From an uncultured Alphaproteobacteria bacterium (lineage in GTDB: Bacteria > Pseudomonadota > Alphaproteobacteria > HIMB59 > GCA-002718135), in assembly GCA_902561355.1 (NCBI GenBank), contig CACEPG010000004.1:13133-77132 (forward strand): DNA of 64,000 nucleotides, written 5' to 3'. A model generated the notes under the pieces. The model was given only the letters and a program-made list of their open reading frames with translations, made no database searches and was not told the origin of the DNA. Shown here in pieces: positions 16,687 to 26,570 of the stretch; positions within the stretch are counted from its first letter, which is position 1, and the number at the start of each line of letters is the position of its first letter. The position numbers and the translations under genes are program-made.

Positions 16687-19053
16687 TTAATTTTTTTTGA
16701 ATATTTGACTATAATTTTTTAACTTTATATTTAAGTTTTTTGGGAGTTTTAAATCTATTTTTTCTTTCTGAGGTTTTCCTTTTCCTTTCTTTATAAAAGA
16801 TAATTCAATTTTTTTTCCATTAATATTTATCTTAGGAATTAAGATTAAATTTTTCCCTTTTTTATAATTCACAGTTAATCCGTCATCAAAAATTATTGGT
16901 AAATTATTTTGGATAAAAACCTTACTTGTTTTGGAAGGGTATATTTCAACCTCTTTTATAGGTGCAAAATGTGGTTTACTTAATGAAAATTTTAATTTTG
17001 GAACTAATGTTCCTCCTCTTATTAGAATAGGTATTTTATATAATGGAGCTTCTAATTCCACAGAACCTCCACAGCTAATTAATTTTTTTGAAAAATAATC
17101 AAACCAACCCTCGTTACAAAAAGGTAAAAATATTTTTTTTTTAAATGTATTTTTATGCAAAATTGGAGCAATAATAATTCTTTCATTAATTGAAAAAACC
17201 TCCTCTTGATTAAAATGTTCTTTTTCAGGAAAATCAAAAAACATCGGTCGTACTATTGGTTCTCCAGAATTAAAATATCTCCATATAGCTGAATATAAAA
17301 TTGGTAAAATTTCATATCTTAACTTGATAATTTTACTTACTTCTAAAATGCTATCTTTATAGTTCCAAGGAAAATTAGTCTTATTTAGAAAGTCTGTAGA
17401 TGTTTGTTTACTTGTCTGTTTATTTAAACCAGGCTTCCATGAGTTCATTAGAAATCTAGGATGAAATAACATAAGTTGAAAAGATCTAATCAGTAATTCT
17501 TTCTCAGTTTTTTTTCCACAAAAACCCCCTATATCATGACCAAAAAAACCAATACCTGAAAGCGAAAGGCCTAGACTTATTGACATACTCCATTTCAAAG
17601 AATGCCATGAGGTTTTATTATCACCTGTCCAAGTCTCAACATGATTTTGAATACCAATACTTCCTGATCTTGTGACTCCATGATTTCGGATCATCGGGTA
17701 AAATGATTGAGTAGCTTCTGAACTACTTTTTGTCATCATGTAAGCTTGCAAGGAAATGAAATTTTTAGTTGCTACTTTTCTTCTATTGAAGTCTGAAAAA
17801 CCTATGAAATTTTCTAAGTCATATTCATTATTATCATTCCAAATAGCATCAAAACCCTGGGATAAAATATATTTTTTTATATTTTTTTTCCACCAAGTTT
17901 GTGAATCTTTTTTTAAAAAATCTATAAAACTTCCTTTACCGCCCCAAAATTGTATCAGAAGAGGATTATTAAATTTATCATTAATAAATAAATTTTCTTT
18001 TTTTGCTTTTTCATAAAAAGGGTGATCTTTCAATAACGCTGGTTTAAGATTGGCAACTAAATAAATACCCTTTTGTTTTAGTTTTTTTAAAAAATTTTTA
18101 GGATCAGGAAATTTTTTTTTATTCCATATAAAGACGTACCTTTTATTATTATGCAAACTATATCCTGAACTAAAATGCAAAGCACTTAAAGGAATATTAT
18201 ATTTTTTACATTTATTTAAAAAGTCAATATATAAACTTCTTGAATTTTTGTGATCAGCTATTTCCATAGATGAAAATTGAAAACCTAAACTCCATTTAGG
18301 AGGCAAATACCTATTTCCAATCAAATCATTTAATGTTGATACAATTGTTTTTTTAGAATTTTTTAAAATTATAATTAAATCTATTCCTTTTTTTTGTGTC
18401 TCATAATACCGATATGGTTCATGATAATTTGAATGTTCACTTCCTAAATCTATTATTGATGGAGATAGCTGATCATAGAGAATGCCGTAATCTTTTTCTC
18501 TGTTTTTAGTATTAACAACATAAATCCATGGAAAAGATTTGTATAAAGGGTCACTTTTTTCAGCGTTATAACCCAAGGTATCTTTTTGAGACATAACAAA
18601 TCTTCTAAAAGAACGATCAATAGAGCCTGATTTTTCACCTAATCCATAAATACTTTGATCATTATTTCTTAATTGATAATGGCTAGTTTTATTCTCTTCT
18701 TGATTCCAATACCAAGCTCCTGTGGGTCTATCTTGTTTGATTAAAATCCATTTTGATTTTATTTTCTTATAAAATTTTAAACATAATGGATTTTGATATA
18801 AATTTATTTTTAAATTAGTTGTTTCTATTGAATAGACTTTCCCTCTATTAATTATTGTGAAATTTTTACTTTTTATTTTTTTTCCAGAAAGCATAGTTAT
18901 GCTTTCTAAGTTTTTTTCTTTATTAGGTTTAAAAGATATTTTGATTATATTGTCTTCAAAAAAATTTATTTTCAGACTCCATTCATAATCTAGTTGAAAA
19001 ATTATTTTTTTTTCTACAACTTTGAAATCTTTAATAATATTAAAAGACAACAT
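16687..19053 (-). CDS. Glycoside hydrolase family 31 (alpha-glucosidase-type; substrate unknown)
   Basis: 788 aa. GH31 nucleophile motif AIWNDNNEYD (WxDMNE type), acid/base context GHDIGGF, and KRYVFIWNKKKFPDP (compare KRYFTWD..FP of GH31 alpha-glucosidases). Confidence 0.85.
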   Translation of the reverse strand: MLSFNIIKDFKVVEKKIIFQLDYEWSLKINFFEDNIIKISFKPNKEKNLESITMLSGKKIKSKNFTIINRGKVYSIETTNLKINLYQNPLCLKFYKKIKSKWILIKQDRPTGAWYWNQEENKTSHYQLRNNDQSIYGLGEKSGSIDRSFRRFVMSQKDTLGYNAEKSDPLYKSFPWIYVVNTKNREKDYGILYDQLSPSIIDLGSEHSNYHEPYRYYETQKKGIDLIIILKNSKKTIVSTLNDLIGNRYLPPKWSLGFQFSSMEIADHKNSRSLYIDFLNKCKKYNIPLSALHFSSGYSLHNNKRYVFIWNKKKFPDPKNFLKKLKQKGIYLVANLKPALLKDHPFYEKAKKENLFINDKFNNPLLIQFWGGKGSFIDFLKKDSQTWWKKNIKKYILSQGFDAIWNDNNEYDLENFIGFSDFNRRKVATKNFISLQAYMMTKSSSEATQSFYPMIRNHGVTRSGSIGIQNHVETWTGDNKTSWHSLKWSMSISLGLSLSGIGFFGHDIGGFCGKKTEKELLIRSFQLMLFHPRFLMNSWKPGLNKQTSKQTSTDFLNKTNFPWNYKDSILEVSKIIKLRYEILPILYSAIWRYFNSGEPIVRPMFFDFPEKEHFNQEEVFSINERIIIAPILHKNTFKKKIFLPFCNEGWFDYFSKKLISCGGSVELEAPLYKIPILIRGGTLVPKLKFSLSKPHFAPIKEVEIYPSKTSKVFIQNNLPIIFDDGLTVNYKKGKNLILIPKININGKKIELSFIKKGKGKPQKEKIDLKLPKNLNIKLKNYSQIFKKN

Positions 19054-19065
19054 GTCAGTTAATAA

Positions 19066-20082
19066 TTATATTGAAATACCGTCTTTATTAAACCAATGGG
19101 CATTTTCTTTTTCAAAACTTATATCAATTTCAGAATTTACTTTAATATCTGTTTGATGATTTAATTTAATTGATAAATTTTGATTAGATACTGTTTCTCC
19201 ATAGAGATAACTATCTGAACCAAGCTGTTCGACATTTTTTATTTTTAATTTTAATGAATGTTCATTTCCAATATAAAGATGTTCAGGACGAACTCCAAAA
19301 ACATTTGAATTACTAGGGGCAAAACTTTTAATATCATTTGGCAAACTTTCAAATTCTAAAAAATTCATTCTAGGTGAACCAATGAAGCCAGCAACAAATA
19401 TATTTGCAGGTTTATTATAAAGATTGAGTGGTGAACCAACTTGCTCAACAATACCTTCATTAATTACAACTATTTTATCTGCCATCGTCATAGCTTCTAC
19501 CTGATCATGAGTTACATAAATCATAGTATTGCCTAGTCTTTCATGTAGAGCCTTTAATTCAACACGTGTTGCAACCCTCAATTCTGCATCTAAATTTGAT
19601 AAAGGTTCATCAAATAAGTAAATTGAAGGTTCTCTAACAATAGCTCTGCCAATTGCCACTCTTTGTCTTTGACCGCCTGATAATTGACCTGGTTTTCTTT
19701 TTAAATAATCTTCAATTCTTAAAAGTTTAACTGCTTGCATAATTCTTTCATCAATTTCATCCTTTTTCATTTTTAAATTTTCTAATCCAAAAGCTAAATT
19801 TTGACGAACAGACATGTGGGGGTATAATGCATATGATTGAAAAACCATTGCCAGACCTCTTTTTGCTGCAGAAATATTATTTACAGTTTTTCCATCAATT
19901 ACAATTTTTCCTTCCGTAATAGCTTCCAGCCCAGCTATCATTCTTAACAAAGTTGATTTGCCACAACCAGATGGTCCTACAAGCACACAAAATTCACCAT
20001 CAGATATTTCTAAATCAATACCATGTATAACTTGAAGTTTATCATAAGTTTTTTTTACATCTATTAATTCTAAATTAGCCAT
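19066..20082 (-). CDS. Sugar ABC transporter ATP-binding protein (MalK/UgpC type)
   Basis: 338 aa. Walker [10 protein letters not shown], signature LSGGQRQR, Walker [10 protein letters not shown], and a C-terminal MalK-like regulatory domain. Confidence 0.9.
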   Translation of the reverse strand: MANLELIDVKKTYDKLQVIHGIDLEISDGEFCVLVGPSGCGKSTLLRMIAGLEAITEGKIVIDGKTVNNISAAKRGLAMVFQSYALYPHMSVRQNLAFGLENLKMKKDEIDERIMQAVKLLRIEDYLKRKPGQLSGGQRQRVAIGRAIVREPSIYLFDEPLSNLDAELRVATRVELKALHERLGNTMIYVTHDQVEAMTMADKIVVINEGIVEQVGSPLNLYNKPANIFVAGFIGSPRMNFLEFESLPNDIKSFAPSNSNVFGVRPEHLYIGNEHSLKLKIKNVEQLGSDSYLYGETVSNQNLSIKLNHQTDIKVNSEIDISFEKENAHWFNKDGISI

Positions 20083-20085
20083 AAT

Positions 20086-21525
20086 TTATTTCATTCCTGT
20101 AGTTGCAATTCCTGTAGTGATGTATCTTTGTAAAAACACAAATACTAAAGTTGTGGGTATCAAACTAACAACTGTCATAGCAAGTCTATAATGTTCTTGT
20201 GCAACATATTCACCTTGAAAGTCAAGTAAGCAAAGTTGAATTGTGTAAGCAGTTTTGGTAGTGGAAACAGCAATCATCGGTAAAATCAAGTCATTCCATC
20301 TCCAAATTATTGATAAAATTGCTAATACTGCAATTGCTGGAAGAGCAAGGGGAAAAACAATTCGCCAAAAAATACTCCACTCGCTAGCTGCATCCATCCT
20401 TGCAGCTTCAAGTAACTCATCAGGTATAGTAAGCATATATTGTCTTAACATGAAAACTCCTGTTGGAGTTGCTGCACCCGGTATAATGACACCCCATAAT
20501 GTTCCTGACAAACCAGTTACGGAAACCATTTTAAATATTCCAACAATAAGAACTGAAGCAGGTACCATTAAAGTTGCTAAAATAATAATAAAGAAAATTA
20601 TTTGTCCGTTAAATCGGTATTTAGAGAGAGCAAAAGCTGCCATAGAATTAATTAAGACGGTAATTATTGTAGCAACAATTGTAACAAAAACTGAATTATT
20701 TAGGCATTTTATTGCATCAAAATTCATACCTCTAACATTATTAGTCAAAGGATCAGAATAGTTTATCCAAGATGGTCTTAATTTTTTATTAACAATAATT
20801 TCGTTTGAAGGAATTTTTACAATGCCTCCTTGAGGGTTACTTATTAACCTTGCATTTATTGTTTCTTTGTTAGTATTTATACGATTAACAGAATATTCTT
20901 CTATTTCTTGTGTATCTGGATTTATTGCAGAAACCAATATTTGAGATGTAAATCCATTAGGTTTGTATGGTTTTAATACTAAAAATTCAGATAAAAGTCT
21001 TATCTCTTCTTCATTTAAGCCTTTTAAATATGTATCTGGATCATAATCTTTTTTTGCATTAGGAAACATGCTTGGATACTTAATTAACCATTCAGGTAAA
21101 TTTTTATTTTTAATTAATTCTTTTGCATGTTTTGAAACAAGGCCAAGATGAGTTCTTAAAGCATAATATTCATTACCATCAAATTTTAAAATAAATGCCT
21201 CTGGATCATTTTTTTGTTTTTTGTCTTCATCACGCAATTCGTTCCAATATATTACCCAGTCTGGTAAATCTTTTATTATAAAAATTTCTTTACCTTCGGG
21301 TCCAAAAACTGTTGCTCTAACAACCCTATCATAATCTAGAGGCAGAAGATTGGTGTCTAATTTTTGAAGAAGAAATTGAGACTTAATTGAGTTTAAAAGC
21401 AACCAAGCAACAGGTAAAAAAATAATTAAAAATCCTAAAAAAAGATACCCATAAGCAATCCAATCAACAAAAGACAATTTTTTATGTCCTTGTGTTCTTG
21501 AAAAAAACTTTATTACAGCGCTCAT
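20086..21525 (-). CDS. Sugar ABC transporter permease (MalG-like) with a very large first periplasmic loop
   Basis: 479 aa. EAA-type loop EAARMDAASEWSIFWRIVFP. About 230 aa lie between TM1 and TM2. Confidence 0.85.
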   Translation of the reverse strand: MSAVIKFFSRTQGHKKLSFVDWIAYGYLFLGFLIIFLPVAWLLLNSIKSQFLLQKLDTNLLPLDYDRVVRATVFGPEGKEIFIIKDLPDWVIYWNELRDEDKKQKNDPEAFILKFDGNEYYALRTHLGLVSKHAKELIKNKNLPEWLIKYPSMFPNAKKDYDPDTYLKGLNEEEIRLLSEFLVLKPYKPNGFTSQILVSAINPDTQEIEEYSVNRINTNKETINARLISNPQGGIVKIPSNEIIVNKKLRPSWINYSDPLTNNVRGMNFDAIKCLNNSVFVTIVATIITVLINSMAAFALSKYRFNGQIIFFIIILATLMVPASVLIVGIFKMVSVTGLSGTLWGVIIPGAATPTGVFMLRQYMLTIPDELLEAARMDAASEWSIFWRIVFPLALPAIAVLAILSIIWRWNDLILPMIAVSTTKTAYTIQLCLLDFQGEYVAQEHYRLAMTVVSLIPTTLVFVFLQRYITTGIATTGMK

Positions 21526-22577
21526 AATTTTACCTGTCTTCGCGTTAAATAAAATTGAAGCAAAGATAAGAGTATTAACAATAATGCAACTAATAAAGAT
21601 GCCATTGCCGCTATACCTAAACCAAACGTTGTTTTTTGCCCTCTTAATCCTGCTGTTTCAAAAATATAGGAAACTAAGGATATCCAACCTACTTGCAATG
21701 CAAATAATTCTTCAAAAGCCTGGAAAGCTTTTATCAAAGATAAAACTGTAACAACTAAAAGAATAGGCATTAGCAAAGGTAAAGTTATTCTCCAAAAAAC
21801 TCTTTGATCTGAAGTGCCGTCCATTTCGGCAGCTTCATATAAATCTTTTGGAATAGATTGAAGACCCGCAAGCAAAATAAGCATGTAAAATCCTAAATGA
21901 GCCCAAGTATATATAAAAACTGACCAAAACATTGTCCATGAAGGATCAGTCAACCATTGAATTGGTTCATCTATCCAGTTCCATTCCATTAAAGTTTGTG
22001 ACAATAAACCCTGTCTTTTTAAAATTAATGTCCATAAAAATGCTACAACTACTGGACTTAACATGACAGGGTAGAAATATACAGCTCGCCAAAAAGCCCT
22101 TCCTATTACTTCTCTATTTAAAACTATAGCTGTAATAAGAGCGACTACAATCATGATTGGCACCTGAAATAAAACAAAAACAAATGTATCAGCAATTGAA
22201 GATTTAAATTTATCATCTTCCATATTCTCGACACCAGTATCGATCTGTGTTTCTAATACTATTCTAGCTAAATTGTCTGAACCTGAATAATCTCTAGAAG
22301 AAAAATTAATGCTTTCTCCATCGGTCACAGAAAAACCAAAATTCATAAAAAGTGGTAAAAAAGTAAATAATCCAAAAATTAAAATATTTGGAAATAAAAA
22401 CAAATATGGGAGACTCTTTGTTCCACTAAATCGTTGAGTTGTTTCAATAGGCCACCCTATTGTTGACATTAATCTAGGTATAAAACCTATTACGTCTCTA
22501 GATAGTAAAAAACCAATAAAAAGGTAAACAAATAAGACAAAATACCAATAATTAATATTAAAAATATTTTCAATCAT
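21522..22577 (-). CDS. Sugar ABC transporter permease (MalF-like)
   Basis: 351 aa. EAA loop EAAEMDGTSDQRVFWRITLP. 4-nt overlap with the next permease. Confidence 0.88.
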   Translation of the reverse strand: MIENIFNINYWYFVLFVYLFIGFLLSRDVIGFIPRLMSTIGWPIETTQRFSGTKSLPYLFLFPNILIFGLFTFLPLFMNFGFSVTDGESINFSSRDYSGSDNLARIVLETQIDTGVENMEDDKFKSSIADTFVFVLFQVPIMIVVALITAIVLNREVIGRAFWRAVYFYPVMLSPVVVAFLWTLILKRQGLLSQTLMEWNWIDEPIQWLTDPSWTMFWSVFIYTWAHLGFYMLILLAGLQSIPKDLYEAAEMDGTSDQRVFWRITLPLLMPILLVVTVLSLIKAFQAFEELFALQVGWISLVSYIFETAGLRGQKTTFGLGIAAMASLLVALLLILLSLLQFYLTRRQVKL

Positions 22578-22611
22578 CTATTGGAAAACTGCATGCAAGT
22601 TTTAAAAAAAT

Positions 22612-22634
22612 AAGGCCGATAAACTATCGGCCTT
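22612..22634 (-). terminator. Intrinsic terminator/attenuator hairpin between the binding-protein gene and the permease genes
   Basis: aaggccgata-aac-tatcggcctt. On the minus-strand RNA the GC-containing stem is followed by auuuuuuu. Confidence 0.7.
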
Positions 22635-22648
22635 AAATAAAAAAATAA

Positions 22649-23899
22649 CTATTCAGCAATTTTTGCTGCTACATCAGCATCAATAGCTTTTAAAGCATCT
22701 TCTAGACTCATTTCTCCTGTTATAGCTTTAGTAATGTAGTCAGGTACAATTCCGTATATCGCGAAATTTTTATTATACCCTTGGAACCAATAAGCTTGAG
22801 GAGTTGTGTCAGCTGCTTTACCAGCATTAGCTGCAAATATAGCTAAACCTTCTGCTACAGTTGGACTTACACCAGAATAATCTATACCAGATTTTTGCAA
22901 ACCTTGGTGAGCAGTTATATTGCTAGTGCTTGCTGCAAATGTTTCGGCATTTTCAGTTTGAGATAAAAAGTTAATCAATGAAGCTGCTGCTTCAGGATTT
23001 TTAGTTGATTTAAATGCAACAACACCTGAGCCTCCTGGCATTGCTCCACAACCTCCAGGTCCACATGGAATTGGTACTACTTTCCATTCAAAATCAGTAA
23101 TATTTTTATCATAATTACCTAACATCCAAGATCCAGACATATGCATTGCTACAGTTCCATCTAAAAATAATGGTGCAGCATTTTTATAAGCTGTGCCTGA
23201 TCCAGCTGGCCAACCTTCTGCTGGCATTAATCCTTCTTTATGCCATCCAACAAAAACTTCAGAAAACTTTCTAAAACCTTCATCAACTAAAATTGGAGTT
23301 CCATTTTCATGGAATTTTGCTCCATAAGAAAACGCAGGTCCAGCCCAACGATGAGCTGTTCTATCTAATGCAAGACCTGCTGTTAAACCTAGTTCTGATT
23401 TAACTTGTCTTAAAGCATCAGCCCAATCATCCCAGCTAGAACCTTCCTCGGGCATGTCTACTCCCGCATCTTCAAACATTGTTACATTAACATAAGGTCC
23501 TGTAACTGTAAGTTGCGTTTGCCATCCATAAATCCCATCATCACCTGAGGGTTTTCTATACCAAGGTAAAGTAGCTCCATAATTAGTTTCCCAATAAGAA
23601 GAATCTACATAAGGCTTTAGGTCCAAATAAAATTTATTTAAACCACCTAAGTTAGTTACCCTAGCTAAGTCTGGCGCTGCATCAGATTCTAATTGATTTT
23701 CAAGTTGCTCTCTAATAACTTCATAACCAACAGTTTCAATATTTAATGTGTGCCCTGAAGACGCTTCCCAAGGTTTTGCTATCTCAGCAATTGTATCACA
23801 TTCATTAATATCCTGATAACAAACAAATTTCAATTCAGCAGAAATTGCTGAAAAAGAAGATGTTAGAATAACAGAAATAATTAAAAAAATTTTCTTCAT
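22649..23899 (-). CDS. Sugar ABC transporter periplasmic substrate-binding protein (family 1)
   Basis: Signal peptide MKKIFLIISVILTSSFSAISA. I moved the start from the ORF-track 23935 to the ATG at 23899, which is preceded by AGGAGG. Size and composition are typical of SBP_bac_1. Confidence 0.85.
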   Translation of the reverse strand: MKKIFLIISVILTSSFSAISAELKFVCYQDINECDTIAEIAKPWEASSGHTLNIETVGYEVIREQLENQLESDAAPDLARVTNLGGLNKFYLDLKPYVDSSYWETNYGATLPWYRKPSGDDGIYGWQTQLTVTGPYVNVTMFEDAGVDMPEEGSSWDDWADALRQVKSELGLTAGLALDRTAHRWAGPAFSYGAKFHENGTPILVDEGFRKFSEVFVGWHKEGLMPAEGWPAGSGTAYKNAAPLFLDGTVAMHMSGSWMLGNYDKNITDFEWKVVPIPCGPGGCGAMPGGSGVVAFKSTKNPEAAASLINFLSQTENAETFAASTSNITAHQGLQKSGIDYSGVSPTVAEGLAIFAANAGKAADTTPQAYWFQGYNKNFAIYGIVPDYITKAITGEMSLEDALKAIDADVAAKIAE

Positions 23900-23903
23900 T
23901 TTT

Positions 23904-23909
23904 CCTCCT
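23904..23909 (-). promoter_or_regulatory. Shine-Dalgarno sequence (AGGAGG) for the sugar-binding protein gene
   Basis: The complement of cctcct lies 4 nt upstream of the ATG at 23899. Confidence 0.6.
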
Positions 23910-24108
23910 AAATCACAAATATACTGAAGATACATAACATAGCAGGTAAGTAATGCAATTTTTAATGTTATAAAAAAAGCCAGAAAACTATTAAATAATT
24001 CTGATTTATTATTATTTATTCCAATATATTGATAAATTAATTATTTATATTTTAATTATAAATAATATTGATTAAATAAAATTCTTCAAACAAATCAAAA
24101 GGGTTCTA

Positions 24109-25485
24109 ATGATTGGATATTTAGGAGTAGCAAGAGAAACTTTTGATATTAATCTTGCTAAAAAAAAATTTGATGAAGCAAAAAATTTAATTCATTCCTT
24201 AAACCCTAATAGCAAAGGTATTGATGAATTAATCACAAATAATGAGTCTGCTATAAAAGCAATAAATTATTTTAAGAAAAATAAATTCAAAAAAATTTTA
24301 TTTTTTCAAACTACATTTACTGATGCAAAATTTATACTTCACTTTGCAATTACTATTAAAAAACCTATATGTATTTTAGCTTTTCCAGAACAAAGAACTG
24401 GTCGTCGGTTAAGATTAAATTCTATTTGTGGCTTAAATTTAGGTATGCATTCTCTAATTAAGAATAAAATTGTTCCTAATTTTATTATTATTGATCAAAA
24501 CAAAAAAAATTATACTAAATATTTAAGTACTTTTATAAAAAAAAATAAAATAAAAAATAAAGTTGAAAACTGGAAGAAAATATTTGTTTCAAAAAAAAAT
24601 GAATTAACAAATAATATTAAAAAACAAAAAATTGGAATCATTGGAATAAAACCTGAGGGTTTTGATACGTGCGATTATAAAGATAGAGAAATAAAAGAAA
24701 AACTTAATTTCGATCTTAAAAAAATCAGTCTTAATAATCTGTTTGAAGAATCAAATAAAATTAAAAAAAATAAAATAATTAAAACTAAATCAATGATAGC
24801 TAAAACTTTAAGGGATACAAAAAAATTAAATCAAAAAGAATTTGAAAAAAGTATTTCAATATATCATGGTTTAGAAAGTCTAAAAAATAAACACAATGTT
24901 CAAGCATTTGCAGTAAGATGTTGGCCTGAAATGTTTACTAAATTTGGTTGTGCATCATGTGGGCCTATGGCAATGATGAATGAAAAAAATATTAGTTGTG
25001 CTTGTGAAGTTGATGTTTTAGGGAGTATAAGTTGTAATATTTTAAATCAATTAAATGGGAAACCTTCGTTATTAGTTGATATAGTTGACATAGATAGTAA
25101 AGATAATAGTCTTGTATTTTGGCATTGTGGATTGGCGCCAATCAGCATGTCTAAAAAGAAAGAAGCAAGTGCAGATGTACATTCAAATAGAAGAAAACCA
25201 CTTCTTCATAATTTTAGTTTAAAACCTGGAATAATTACTATTTTTAGAGTTTCTAAATCTTCTAATAAGCTAAAGTTTTTTGTAACGAAAGGAGAAATAA
25301 AAAATAGAAAAAATTCTTTTTCTGGGACTTCTGGAGTGGTTAGTTTGGGAAACAATACTATAAATAAAATCAATATGATGTTTAAGGGCGGCCTAGAACA
25401 TCATGTTGCCTTTACGTATGGTAATCTTTATGATGAAATTATTAGTTTAGGAAAAAAAATGAAAATTCCAACCTACACAGTATGA
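24109..25485 (+). CDS. L-fucose/L-arabinose isomerase-family sugar isomerase (substrate unknown)
   Basis: 458 aa. The C-terminal half AFAVRCWPEMF...CACEVDVLGS...VFWHCG...LEHHVAFTYG resembles metal-dependent aldose-ketose isomerases of the FucI/AraA superfamily. Confidence 0.6.
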   Translation: MIGYLGVARETFDINLAKKKFDEAKNLIHSLNPNSKGIDELITNNESAIKAINYFKKNKFKKILFFQTTFTDAKFILHFAITIKKPICILAFPEQRTGRRLRLNSICGLNLGMHSLIKNKIVPNFIIIDQNKKNYTKYLSTFIKKNKIKNKVENWKKIFVSKKNELTNNIKKQKIGIIGIKPEGFDTCDYKDREIKEKLNFDLKKISLNNLFEESNKIKKNKIIKTKSMIAKTLRDTKKLNQKEFEKSISIYHGLESLKNKHNVQAFAVRCWPEMFTKFGCASCGPMAMMNEKNISCACEVDVLGSISCNILNQLNGKPSLLVDIVDIDSKDNSLVFWHCGLAPISMSKKKEASADVHSNRRKPLLHNFSLKPGIITIFRVSKSSNKLKFFVTKGEIKNRKNSFSGTSGVVSLGNNTINKINMMFKGGLEHHVAFTYGNLYDEIISLGKKMKIPTYTV

Positions 25486-26570
25486 ATAAAAAAACAAAAT
25501 ATGCAATAATTGGATCAGGAGCAATGGGACGAGAACACATTCGTAACATAAATATAATTGAAGATGCAGAGGTTGTAGCTTTGTCTGATCCTCACAATAA
25601 TTCATTAAAACAAAGTTTAGAATTATTAAATAAAAATATTCCGACCTTCACAAATCACATCGAATTAATGAATTCAAATCTTGCAGATGCTTATATTGTA
25701 TCAAGTCCAAATTTTACCCATATAAATATTTTACAAGATATTATTGTTTCAAAAAAACACCTCTTAATTGAAAAACCTTTATGTACAACTACTGATGATT
25801 GTAAAAAATTTAAGGAACTTACTAAAAATTATCCTGCAGTTATTTGGACAGCTATGGAATACAGATATATGCCCCCAGTAAAAAAAATGATTAAAGCAAT
25901 ACATAATAATAAAATAGGTGATTTAAAAATGTTATCAATTAGAGAACATCGTTTTCCTTTCTTAAAAAAAATAAATGATTGGAATAGATTTTCTATTAAC
26001 TCAGGTGGAACATTAGTAGAAAAATGCTGTCATTTTTTTGATTTAATGAGATTGATTATTAGAAGTGAGCCTGAAAAAATTTATGCTAGCGGTAAACAAG
26101 ATGTAAACCATTTAAATGAAGATTATAATGGCAAAAAACCAGATATAATTGATAATGCTTATGTAATTGTAGATTTTAAAAATGGAGTTCGAAGTCTTTT
26201 AGATTTATGCATGTTTGCAGAAAATTCTAAATATCAAGAAGAGCTCTGTGCAGTTGGTAATTTAGGTAAAATTGAAACCGAAGTTCCTGCAAGTAGATCA
26301 GGTCTAGCTTCTTCAGAACTACGAATTGGATTAAGAGAAAACAATAAAATGGAAACCGAAGTTGTCGAAGTAGATAAAAAAATTTTAGAAGCAGGTCATC
26401 ATCACGGTTCAACTTATTATGAACATTTAGCTTTTTTAAATTCAATTAAAAAAAATACAAAAGCTGAAGTTTCTTTAAATGATGGTCTTATGGCCGTTGC
26501 TATTGGTGAGGCTGCAGAACTGTCAATAAAAGAAAATAGAGTTGTATTTATGAAAGAGTTTAAATTATAA
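25482..26570 (+). CDS. Gfo/Idh/MocA-family NAD(P)-dependent oxidoreductase
   Basis: 362 aa. N-terminal Rossmann motif YAIIGSGAMGREH and an EKP motif (LLIEKPL). 4-nt overlap with the isomerase gene. Confidence 0.88.
   Translation: MNKKTKYAIIGSGAMGREHIRNINIIEDAEVVALSDPHNNSLKQSLELLNKNIPTFTNHIELMNSNLADAYIVSSPNFTHINILQDIIVSKKHLLIEKPLCTTTDDCKKFKELTKNYPAVIWTAMEYRYMPPVKKMIKAIHNNKIGDLKMLSIREHRFPFLKKINDWNRFSINSGGTLVEKCCHFFDLMRLIIRSEPEKIYASGKQDVNHLNEDYNGKKPDIIDNAYVIVDFKNGVRSLLDLCMFAENSKYQEELCAVGNLGKIETEVPASRSGLASSELRIGLRENNKMETEVVEVDKKILEAGHHHGSTYYEHLAFLNSIKKNTKAEVSLNDGLMAVAIGEAAELSIKENRVVFMKEFKL

Noticed and set aside
16687-19053. Confident call of the GH31 enzyme as a sulfoquinovosidase.
   Set aside because: By eye I could not place the Arg/Trp pair of the YihQ sulfonate pocket. 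The region before the FP motif (NKRYVFIWNKKKFPD) has different spacing from YihQ (GKRVMWNWKWNSENYP, as I recall it) and resembles glucosidase-II-type GH31. It is therefore reported only as a hypothesis.
23900-23935. N-terminal 12-codon extension of the sugar-binding protein (ORF-track start at 23935, MYLQYICDLGGK...).
   Set aside because: The extension contains the AGGAGG that serves the internal ATG at 23899. The protein starting MKKIFLIISV... has a canonical signal peptide.
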